Assembly: GCA_000002445.1 (NCBI GenBank)
Contig: CM000207.1
Span: 896,001-960,000, forward strand
Length of the DNA stretch: 64,000 bases
Source: Trypanosoma brucei
Lineage: Eukaryota
Direction of reading: 5' to 3'
In this document: positions 10,401-18,807 of the stretch, piece by piece
Layout of the letters: each line of letters starts with the position of its first letter
How positions within the stretch are numbered: the first letter of the stretch is position 1
The notes under the pieces: model-generated
The model's input: only the letters and a program-made list of their open reading frames with translations
Told to the model about the DNA's origin: nothing
Databases searched by the model: none
Translations under genes and position numbers: made by a program

Positions 10401-11451
10401 AAGCGGACATGACCCAGCTTTCATTCGGTTGTACAAAGGTACTTGCGGTGGCAATCCCAACTGTGGGGAGATATTAACGCCAGAGGTGGACCCTGCACCC
10501 AGCGATATGGTCCTTTCAGGGTTATTGTGGGGTAACCGTGTGGATGTCATCTTTTTTGAGGTACTGCGCGAGCCACGACGCGTGGTGGAGTGTCGCCCGC
10601 GCCTCGTAGTGACGGTACGGGGTCGGAAGAATGAGGCAATATACAAGGAGAAGCTTGTGGTTCCACAGGGTACCACAGTTGGTGATGTGGTAGAACAGGC
10701 AGTTCGGCGATGTGCGATAACTGTTGAGCGCACATTTTGTTCTGACGGGGGAGCAGGGGTCGCCTTGGATGCTGGCGGTAGTGTCAACAGATGCAGCAGA
10801 AGCAGAAGCAATAACAGTGAGGTGATAAGTTCACAGGTTATCACTCCTTTTGTCATTTCCCCTCACTACCTTGCACTTGTCGTCGACCCCCGCGAGCGTC
10901 TAATCAACTGCATCATCGAAGTGCCCGTTATGGAAGACGGCACATGTGACTGTAATTGTTTTATCGATGACTTGGTTTCACAAGCGGTGGCTGCATACGG
11001 AACCGCCGGTCTCTGTGCCCCAGTGGAGCCACTAACAATTTTTGTTGTGCCTGCTCCGCCGCTGCAGAAGGATCAGTTCCGGATTGCTTGCTGTCATGGT
11101 GAAGTATTTGCTGACCGGGATGACAGTCTCCCACTAATGTTTGGGCAGCCTTTTGTTGTTACGGCAGATTACCACGCAACTGTAGAGACACTGCGGGATA
11201 TCCTCCTTGAGTACACGGGTGTTCCCGCTAATGAAGTTGTGCCTTTACAACGTGGTGTTGTTGTCATAGCCACAAGGCGAAGCGTTTTCCTTCCTTGGAG
11301 CGAATGTTTCTTTGAATTTGTGAGGCGGGAAGAGAGAAAAAGGGGTCCATTCACTCCGTCACTGCTGCTAAACCACCGTCGGCCGAGAGAAAAACCGGGA
11401 TCGCGGTACGTGGCGCAGGCTGCTCCGGCGTTACGTATTTCAAGAAGGTGA
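7423..11451 (+). CDS. Ubiquitin carboxyl-terminal hydrolase, USP7/HAUSP-like (C19 peptidase) with a long C-terminal extension and no N-terminal MATH domain
   Basis: Cys box GLINEGCTCYLNSLLQMLFHLCYFRNAVYLTPT against human USP7 [33 protein letters not shown]. His box YDLQGVIVHKGSVRSGHYYCYIR. Similarity to USP7 continues through the catalytic core (DNKY..., KFLTLPPV-like FRRFPPVIWFHLKRFEMD). ATG start. Confidence 0.85.
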   Translation: MNQNNLSCEDSDVSTNPGNASPGSGDDSGTSSEGHPSCVDNSVSPSVSSLLSQAEKSATDSVHAEEEHLEKDTELRQGMKQGGFVKSAGRGSKDPLALDQAVAPAIPVPFVGLINEGCTCYLNSLLQMLFHLCYFRNAVYLTPTDANDESCSIPRALQSVFHEMEIRRTPVHTKKLTAAFDWTESELYSQHDIQEMATLLRDNLEERMKGSVSEGAINRMFEGYGEQVVATLDKSFCSRSRDTFYDIHLPLEGHTNLMDSLRSLTARDMLVGDNKYRVEEPGREPQYKDAQKSYEFRRFPPVIWFHLKRFEMDLTSPILETKKVNSYLEFPVELSLEELEHETPSNWGEYATQVFAGDMGDEKKMTGDDGGEKRKRRKGDNEVATAIARPFSRDTPAVYDLQGVIVHKGSVRSGHYYCYIREWDATEKRFTRWLEFDDERVTVVSQEVAVNDNFGVPVPTEGRPLWHMPTNNAYMLSYVRRADCQRMFERPKNNIVPQCVRDQLREEIQEEKRREEEANMRRRKLVLYVLTDEIISEHVKRVQRETFPSDPRIWEEVCFRVEVEKTTPLQMVYVSVAECVPNVKKRFRFDDFRLWLSPWTSHIHVAVPLQLTESTKNCSLTEYLNYRNDDKSPLMHFLVYLQRRTTLPQLYVPNTASLFVNQRLGAEAVAACNGCTIILPKPTPISSITFYTIYFSDYAAPCNVHICLYAADDQKTPCESKTCTLSRDLCMFDVNSTGQKIALIRCAVRGSLAWVYLLANERPSMSSLRVTYGCEGEGIEETNISSLPRIDRCAVLVFLKYFNPVTRHVAYAGSAMIPLHATVADCGRVLLRLLGEDPDLVDTLLIYEESQCQNVLLDNEKTLQNSGIIVGSVLIAQQRNSRVHSYTDVNDYLLSLPNFIHVKATHSVFEERYMFSEEDSGYEADNVEGSDDCVVPARPAVVEASIPMSDADSEVRGQTTFYPPRNFHVIKAYMLTLDSQLKYDEVCEAIGTASGHDPAFIRLYKGTCGGNPNCGEILTPEVDPAPSDMVLSGLLWGNRVDVIFFEVLREPRRVVECRPRLVVTVRGRKNEAIYKEKLVVPQGTTVGDVVEQAVRRCAITVERTFCSDGGAGVALDAGGSVNRCSRSRSNNSEVISSQVITPFVISPHYLALVVDPRERLINCIIEVPVMEDGTCDCNCFIDDLVSQAVAAYGTAGLCAPVEPLTIFVVPAPPLQKDQFRIACCHGEVFADRDDSLPLMFGQPFVVTADYHATVETLRDILLEYTGVPANEVVPLQRGVVVIATRRSVFLPWSECFFEFVRREERKRGPFTPSLLLNHRRPREKPGSRYVAQAAPALRISRR

Positions 11452-12493
11452 AGGAAAGGCAAAAAACAAAAAAAGCCATCAGAGTTCTTGGTTCTATGAA
11501 CTACTTCTTTGAAGTCCCTTCACCGAAGCGCCTAATCAGTGGGAATAATATAATGTGTACGTGTATATGTATGAATGTATGTGTGTTGGGGTTGGGGTGG
11601 GGTAACAGTGGGGGGAAAAAAGAATAAGAAGAGGAGGAGGAAGCGTGTGAGAACATTTGATTATTTGGGGTATGCACACCTGGGATATGTCCCCATTACT
11701 GCTGAACACTTACATGAAGACACGCGTACAGACGTGAATATATAATATGCATATATGAACTCCGTCATCAGGGATACAGAATTTCTTTTTCTTTCCTACT
11801 TTTACATTGTTAGTCTTCCGGTGTTTTTTTTTTCCCCTTTCCTGTTTGTGCTATTTTTCTGCCGTGCATTTTTTTTTGTATTTGTGTGGCAGTGGTGAAG
11901 CAGTCGCCTTTCTTTTGATGTTTGCCCACATCTTTTGCTCTGCCTCACAAAGGGCAAGTTTGTTTGTTTCTTTCTCTGTGTGTTCGTGAATAAAATTGTT
12001 ATTATTACCAATGAACTGTTTGGCTCACGGCAAAAGAGAGAGGGGGGGGAAATGCATATTTTGTCCACCTGCACTACAGCCATAGGTGAGGGAAAACAGC
12101 GGCATTGAGATCGGAGAAGGAATGGATAGTTGAATTTTGAGTTTACTTTACTTTACTTTTCTTTTTGTTTAGTTTTGCGTGCTTTTGTGGCTTCGCCAAG
12201 TAATGATGATTACTTGGACGTTTTGGCTCTTCCGTATTGCTGTTCATTATCCCTGCGTTTAAATGTTGACTTGTGATGGACAATTAACATTTGTGCAGAG
12301 GGTGAATGCATCAACGATGAAGGAAAGAAAGAAAAAGAAGAGGAGAAAAGAAAATGGGAGACAATGTTGCCCATTTTTTTTTTTTTAAAGGCCCTTCTTT
12401 CTCGTTGTTTTGTTTTTTGTTGTTGTATTGGCCCCCTCTTTGTGTGGCTCAGTGGCGCTTTTTAGGTGTGCTTACGCCTGTGTCTTTTCGTGT

Positions 12494-12535
12494 CTGCATG
12501 TGTATGTGTATGTGTATGTGTGTGCATGTGTGTTG
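12494..12535. repeat. (TG/TA)n imperfect microsatellite; a second (GT)n lies at 24565-24588
   Basis: tgtatgtgtatgtgtatgtgtgtgcatgtgtgttgtg. The second is tgtgtgtgtgtgtgtgtttgtg, directly after the stop of the 411-aa gene. Confidence 0.85.
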
Positions 12536-12806
12536 TGTTTTTTTTTTACTTTTCCTCCTAATTCTTCTCTTACTTCTTTTTCTTTTTTTTGTCTCAGCGG
12601 GAAACTCAAAGAGCAACATTCCCGCCACCTTTCATCATTATTATTATTATTGTTATTTATTTATTTATTCCTTTTACCTTCTCTTTTCTATTTGGTCCTC
12701 CTTCTCCTCTGCTGTGGGCTCCGTGGCCCATGCGTCAACACACAATAAGGTGCATGCGCACAGACGGTATACAGCTGCATATGCATACGTTCATTTATAT
12801 TTATAT

Positions 12807-12818
<12 letters not shown>

Positions 12819-12846
<28 letters not shown>
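12819..12846. repeat. (TA)n microsatellite, one of several in this window
   Basis: Perfect TA dinucleotide run. Similar runs lie at 1854-1890 (imperfect), 3164-3181, 3576-3596, 6526-6557, 41543-41556, 42496-42514 and 52299-52314, all intergenic. Confidence 0.9.
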
Positions 12847-12849
<3 letters not shown>

Positions 12850-13097
12850 TGCCTTTATTTGGTGTGTAGATCTTTATGTTTGCAATTGAGCTCGGCTCCC
12901 TTCCGTTTCCATCCTTACTTAAATTTATCAGTATTGTTATTATTATGTTGTCATTATTATCATTACTTTTTCCTTTGCTCTTTTTTTTTCGTTTTTTCTT
13001 TACTTCCTTTTCTCCTCTCCCTCACACAAATGATTTTCTTTCTGCGTTTCAACTCCTACCATTTGCGAAGGAGTTGGCGCTGGATTCCGTTGCATTG

Positions 13098-13378
13098 AGG
13101 AGTGAAAGAATACGGGGGGAAAAAAGGAGAGGTTGAGGGAGGAGGAAAGAAAAGAAAAGGGGGGAAGAAAAAGGAGCGGCGGTCCATGAAAGGTAAAGGA
13201 GAGAGATAAGGAAAAGGAGTAGGAGGAGTTCGGGGCAAGTGGTGTGGAAAAGAAAGAAATTGGTACTGGGAAGGTACTAAAAGAAAAGGGAAGAGTGAAA
13301 AGAAGGAAGGGAGAGAAGAAAGAAGGAAAAAAAACAAGAAAGGAACGAGGCTGGAGGGTTCCAAAGAAGGGAGATAAC
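13098..13378 (+). repeat. About 280-nt polypurine (GA-rich, more than 85% purine) tract on the + strand, immediately downstream of a roughly 170-nt polypyrimidine block (12890-13060)
   Basis: gggaggaggaaagaaaagaaaaggggggaagaaaaaggagcgg...gaagggagagaagaaagaaggaaaaaaaacaagaaaggaacgagg. Strong strand asymmetry with no coding potential. Confidence 0.7.
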
Positions 13379-13934
13379 GTGTTTCAGAAGAAGTTGAGTT
13401 ATACCCCCTTGGAGTGAGTTAAAGTGCGTGGGAGTGTTTCGTGACACGACGGTGACATCATTATGTGCATGGTAGTTATCGTCGCTTACTGCTGTTATTG
13501 TGTCCAGCATGTGGACTGTTTATCGAGTTTTTTTGGGGGGCGGTGATAAATCCCCTCATCAATTTAACAGTTTTCCTTATCATGCTGAATGCTTGGTTGC
13601 TCGTAGGTTCAACTATCACGGCCTTTGATACCTGATGTTTTTATTTGTCGTTCGTTCTATGTGCCTTTTCTCCCTTTCTTTTTTTTTTTGATTCTATTCT
13701 CTCTCTCATATGCTTCGCTTTTTATTGCCCACTGCGACCCCTCTATGCTTCTATTTTTACATTTACTCTACCAAAAAGAAGCTGAGGGCAACACAGAGAA
13801 AGGAACAAGCGATATAAAGTCCTCAGATCAACTGGTTGTGCGAGCGCCTGTTAGGTACTGTTGCCAGCAGTAGGTGAGAGCCCACCGCTCTGAGTGCCAC
13901 AAGCGGGTTGCGTTAATTCTGTTTTACGCTCAAG

Positions 13935-13986
13935 TAACCACTGTCTTTTTCTTTTTGGCTTTTACCCGTACTGCTTTGCATTCAGG
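13935..13986 (+). promoter_or_regulatory. Polypyrimidine tract plus AG upstream of TOP2mt
   Basis: ctgtctttttctttttggcttttacccgtactgctttgcattcag, about 120 nt before the ATG at 14107. Confidence 0.45.
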
Positions 13987-14106
13987 ACGGTGGTAAGCGC
14001 GAAGGGAGTTCTTCAATTCTTCTTTACGCTACGCAGCTTGTAGGGGACGACTTGTGCGCATATCGTTGTTGTTATTATTATTATTTAGTTTGACTCCTTA
14101 TACACA

Positions 14107-17100
14107 ATGGCGGAGGCACACAAGTATAAGAAGCTCACACCTATTGAGCATGTACTCACACGACCAGAGATGTACATTGGTAGTCTCGACACAACGGCAA
14201 CCCCCATGTTTATATACGATGAACAGAAGGGTCACATGGTGTGGGAGACGGTGAAACTGAATCACGGTTTGCTGAAAATCGTGGATGAAATTCTGCTAAA
14301 TGCATCTGATAACATCTCCAACAGAAGTGCGCGCATGACGTATATCCGCGTGACCATCACGGACACGGGTGAGATTACTATAGAGAACGACGGCGCTGGG
14401 ATCCCCATCGTACGCAGTCGAGAGCATAAATTATATATACCAGAGATGGTATTCGGTCACCTACTTACCAGCTCTAATTATGATGACGATAACCAAAATG
14501 CAGTTGCTGGTCGCCACGGTTACGGTGCAAAGCTAACCAACATTCTTTCCCTGAGCTTTTCCGTCTGCTGCCGCACAAATGGGAGGGAGTTTCACATGAG
14601 TTGGCAGGATCACATGAGGAAGGCAACGGCTCCACGCGTTTCAAACGTCGGCACAAAAGAGAAAAATGTCACGCGTGTGAAGTTTCTCCCCGACTACGAG
14701 CGATTTGGCATGAAGGAGAAGAAAATTTCAAACGACATGAAGCGTGTGCTCTACAAGCGCATTATGGACCTTTCCGCAATGTTTCCGAATATTCAAATAA
14801 CCCTGAACGGCTCATCCTTTGGCTTCAAGTCCTTTAAGGACTATGCGACTCTGTACAGTGCCATGACCCCAAAGGGAGAGAAACCACCGCCACCATACGT
14901 ATACGAGAGTAAAAGCGGTTGCGTTGCCTTCATTCCTTCAGTAGTCCCCGGGGTGCGGCGGATGTTTGGTGTGGTCAACGGTGTGGTAACGTATAATGGC
15001 GGTACGCATTGCAATGCTGCGCAGGATATATTGACCGGCTGCCTCGATGGCGTGGAACGGGAATTAAAGAAGGAGAACAAAGTGATGGACACTAATCGAG
15101 TGCTTCGTCACTTCACTATTCTAGTTTTCCTCGTGCAGGTGCAGCCAAAGTTTGATTCTCAGAACAAAGCTCGACTTGTTTCTACCCCCACGATGCCCCG
15201 TGTTCCTCGGCAAGATGTGATGAAATATCTTCTGCGCATGCCTTTTCTCGAGGCTCATGTGAGTACTATTACGGGACAGTTAGCGCAGGAACTAAATAAG
15301 GAGATCGGCACCGGACGCCGTATGAGTAGCAAAACCCTCCTGACCTCCATAACGAAACTGGTAGATGCAACTTCTACACGCCGTGACCCAAAACATACCC
15401 GCACGTTAATTGTTACTGAAGGTGACTCCGCAAAGGCTCTCGCGCAGAACTCTTTATCGAGTGACCAAAAGCGATATACAGGCGTATTTCCGCTTCGGGG
15501 TAAGCTGCTAAACGTGCGTAACAAGAATCTTAAGCGACTGAGGAACTGCAAGGAGTTGCAGGAACTGTTTTGTGCCCTGGGACTTGAGCTAGATAAAGAT
15601 TACACCGACGCCGATGAACTACGATACCAACGCATACTTATCATGACAGATCAGGACGCAGATGGCTCACACATTAAGGGTTTGGTTATCAACGCGTTCG
15701 AGTCTTTGTGGCCCTCGTTGCTGGTACGAAATCCTGGGTTCATCTCTATATTCTCCACACCCATCGTAAAGGCACGACTGCGCGACAAGTCGGTGGTATC
15801 CTTCTTCAGCATGAAGGAGTTTCACAAGTGGCAGCGCTCAAATGCAAATACACCATACACATGTAAGTACTATAAGGGTCTCGGTACTTCTACCACTGCT
15901 GAGGGAAAAGAGTACTTCAAGGATATGGAGAAACACACAATGCGCTTACTCGTGGACCGCTCCGATCATAAGCTTCTTGACAATGTTTTCGACTCACAGG
16001 AGGTAGAATGGCGAAAGGACTGGATGACCAAGGCGAATGCTTTTACCGGCGAGGTGGATATTGATCGTAGCAAGAAAATGCTAACGGTCACAGATTTTGT
16101 GCATAAGGAGATGGTTCATTTCGCCCTTGTTGGTAATGCCCGTGCGCTTGCGCACTCTGTAGACGGGCTTAAGCCTTCTCAGCGAAAGATTATTTGGGCT
16201 CTTATGCGGCGGTCCGGTAATGAGGCGGCGAAGGTGGCACAACTATCAGGTTACATATCAGAAGCTTCCGCTTTTCATCATGGTGAGACTTCATTGCAGG
16301 AGACGATGATTAAGATGGCGCAGAGCTTCACTGGTGGTAACAACGTCAACCTTCTCGTCCCTGAGGGTCAGTTCGGTTCTCGTCAGCAACTCGGTAATGA
16401 TCATGCGGCACCCCGTTACATTTTCACAAAGCTTTCAAAAGTAGCCCGCTTGCTTTTCCCTAGTGAGGATGACCCATTGCTAGACTACATTGTGGAAGAG
16501 GGTCAGCAGGTGGAGCCGAACCATTACGTTCCAATCCTACCGCTGCTCCTCTGCAACGGAAGTGTGGGCATCGGTTTCGGTTTTGCGTCGAATATTCCAC
16601 CATTCCACCCGTTGGACGTATCTGCAGCGGTACGAGCGATGATTAGCGGCGAAGCTGCCAAGTCGGTTGTCCGTCGACTTGTGCCGTGGGCTGTAGGCTT
16701 TCAGGGTGAGATACGTCGTGGCCCCGAAGGAGAGTTTATTGCTGTGGGAACGTATACTTACTGTAAGGGTGGTCGTGTGCATGTTACGGAGCTTCCTTGG
16801 ACGTGTAGCGTTGAAGCATTCCGTGAGCACATTTCTTACCTCGCCACAAAGGATATTGTTAACCGCATTGCCGACTATTCCGGCGCCAATCACGTTGACA
16901 TTGATGTGGAAGTTGCTCAGGGTGCGGTGAACACATATGCTGAGTGCGAGTCGGAACTTGGCCTCACGCAACGTATTCACATCAACGGTACAGTCTTTTC
17001 ACCGAATGGAACTCTTTCACCTCTGGAAAGTGACCTCACACCCGTCCTCCAGTGGCACTACGACCGCAGACTTGATTTATATAAAAAGAGGCGACAACGT

Positions 17101-17772
17101 AATTTGATGCTGTTGGAGCAGGAATTGGCCAGAGAGAAGTCGACACTCAAATTTGTGCAACACTTCCGTGCCGGCCACATTGACTTTGCGAATGCTACGG
17201 AGGCAACACTTGAAAAGGTGTGTTCAAAGTTAGGGTTAGTACGTGTAGATGACTCGTTCGACTACATTTTGCGTAAACCCATCACGTTCTATACCAAAAC
17301 AAGTTTTGAAAATCTTCTCAAGAAGATCGCGGAGACGGAGCGGCGCATTGAAGCTCTCAAGAAGACAACCCCTGTGCAGTTGTGGTTGGGCGAACTTGAC
17401 CAATTTGATCGCTTCTTTCAGGACCATGAGAAAAAGATGGTGGAGGCTATTTTGAAGGAAAGAAGGCAGCGATCACCCCCGAGTGACCTTCTCCCTGGTC
17501 TTCAACAGCCGCGTCTGGAGGTGGAGGAGGCAAAGGGTGGTAAAAAATTTGAGATGCGGGTTCAGGTGCGAAAGTACGTCCCTCCACCAACCAAGCGGGG
17601 AGCGGGGGGCCGTAGTGATGGTGACGGAGGCGCAACTGCGGCCGGTGCTGCTGCAGCCGTGGGGGGAAGAGGTGAAAAGAAGGGCCCGGGACGAGCCGGT
17701 GGGGTTCGACGTATGGTACTCGACGCCCTTGCGAAGCGTGTGACACGTTTGCTGCCGCGTCTGCTGTTCTAG
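14107..17772 (+). CDS. TOP2mt: DNA topoisomerase II (type IIA), 1221 aa. The length and context fit the kinetoplast/mitochondrial isoform.
   Basis: N-terminal LTPIEHVLTRPEMYIGS. ATPase N-box EILLNASDN. TOPRIM LIVTEGDSAKA and IMTDQDADGSHIKGLVINAF. Breakage-reunion region KPSQRKIIWALMRR and the active-site Tyr context AAPRYIFTKLSKVARLLFP. 1221 aa matches the size I recall for T. brucei mitochondrial topo II. Confidence 0.85.
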   Translation: MAEAHKYKKLTPIEHVLTRPEMYIGSLDTTATPMFIYDEQKGHMVWETVKLNHGLLKIVDEILLNASDNISNRSARMTYIRVTITDTGEITIENDGAGIPIVRSREHKLYIPEMVFGHLLTSSNYDDDNQNAVAGRHGYGAKLTNILSLSFSVCCRTNGREFHMSWQDHMRKATAPRVSNVGTKEKNVTRVKFLPDYERFGMKEKKISNDMKRVLYKRIMDLSAMFPNIQITLNGSSFGFKSFKDYATLYSAMTPKGEKPPPPYVYESKSGCVAFIPSVVPGVRRMFGVVNGVVTYNGGTHCNAAQDILTGCLDGVERELKKENKVMDTNRVLRHFTILVFLVQVQPKFDSQNKARLVSTPTMPRVPRQDVMKYLLRMPFLEAHVSTITGQLAQELNKEIGTGRRMSSKTLLTSITKLVDATSTRRDPKHTRTLIVTEGDSAKALAQNSLSSDQKRYTGVFPLRGKLLNVRNKNLKRLRNCKELQELFCALGLELDKDYTDADELRYQRILIMTDQDADGSHIKGLVINAFESLWPSLLVRNPGFISIFSTPIVKARLRDKSVVSFFSMKEFHKWQRSNANTPYTCKYYKGLGTSTTAEGKEYFKDMEKHTMRLLVDRSDHKLLDNVFDSQEVEWRKDWMTKANAFTGEVDIDRSKKMLTVTDFVHKEMVHFALVGNARALAHSVDGLKPSQRKIIWALMRRSGNEAAKVAQLSGYISEASAFHHGETSLQETMIKMAQSFTGGNNVNLLVPEGQFGSRQQLGNDHAAPRYIFTKLSKVARLLFPSEDDPLLDYIVEEGQQVEPNHYVPILPLLLCNGSVGIGFGFASNIPPFHPLDVSAAVRAMISGEAAKSVVRRLVPWAVGFQGEIRRGPEGEFIAVGTYTYCKGGRVHVTELPWTCSVEAFREHISYLATKDIVNRIADYSGANHVDIDVEVAQGAVNTYAECESELGLTQRIHINGTVFSPNGTLSPLESDLTPVLQWHYDRRLDLYKKRRQRNLMLLEQELAREKSTLKFVQHFRAGHIDFANATEATLEKVCSKLGLVRVDDSFDYILRKPITFYTKTSFENLLKKIAETERRIEALKKTTPVQLWLGELDQFDRFFQDHEKKMVEAILKERRQRSPPSDLLPGLQQPRLEVEEAKGGKKFEMRVQVRKYVPPPTKRGAGGRSDGDGGATAAGAAAAVGGRGEKKGPGRAGGVRRMVLDALAKRVTRLLPRLLF

Positions 17773-18807
17773 TCGTTTCGAAAGTATATTCTTCTGGCTC
17801 AGCATTAAAGAAAAAAAATCAATGGTAAGATTTAACCATAGAGAGTTTCTCGCTATAAATCATAGAAACATGCAATAAAGAAAAAAATGAAAAAAAAACA
17901 TTTTGGTGCAAAAAAAAAAAGGGCAGTGATAGTTGTGGTGGTGGCAGAATGATGAAGAAACTGAACGGATGGGCGAGTGGGTGGGATGAAATAAATCGTG
18001 AGAATTAATACATAGAAAGAAAAAAGGCGGTTAGTGGCAGTGATGCTAATAATTTTCATAACCCATCCTCTCAGATTTTTGGTGAGCGTTGTACCGATCG
18101 TTTCCCTCCCGTATTAAATTCCACATACTCTCTCTCTCGATAATTACACGAGCGTATCCGCACTCCTGGACAACAGGTAGTGAGGGAGAGAAACATGACG
18201 AAGGGGGAAACTATAGACGTCCTTTTTTTTTTTCCTTTTTACTCGTCTTACTATTGGCATTTGTTTTTGTTTTTGTGTTCCTAGTCGGCACGCGAACACA
18301 CACTTGTACGCCCCTCCCCTTTCGTGCTCTACGTTGCGGGAAGCACGGAGAAGGCATATCTACGGGCGTTTGTTTGTTTTGTATTTATGTGTGTGGGTAA
18401 TTTTGTGGCCGTTGAAGCAATGCAATACGCATGCGGAAAGGTCGCTAGGCGTCGTATGCCTTCACGCGGCACCTTCCTTTTTTCTCCTTGATATGTTCTA
18501 CGTGCATGCGATGTGCTATTCTTTCAGATGCGTAATGTCTTCGACGATTCTCTGCTCGTCGTCACCATCGTCTGAAGTTGTTTTTCTGTTCATCCTCTGC
18601 TCTTTGTTGGAGAGCTTTTGCCAAAGAACGTTCCTTTCCACTTCCCCCTCTTTGCCTTGCTTGTCACGCGACTTGGTCTGAGTCGGTGGTGTTGCTTCCT
18701 GCGTGTTTGTGCGGGTGGGAGGCTCGGAAAACTAAGTTGGGAGGCGATTAAAGTAGCGTATCCTCTCAGCCTTGTGTGCGCATCGGCTGCACCTGTATCT
18801 ATAGGGA

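Noticed and set aside
12354-13098. Overlapping 112-169-aa + strand ORFs (12354-12809, 12410-12748, 12589-13098) in the USP7 to TOP2mt spacer
   Set aside because: They are translations of (TG)n, (TA)n, (ATT)n and poly-T tracts (CMCMCMCMCV, IYIYIYIYIYIY, LLLLLLF). Low-complexity artefacts, not genes.
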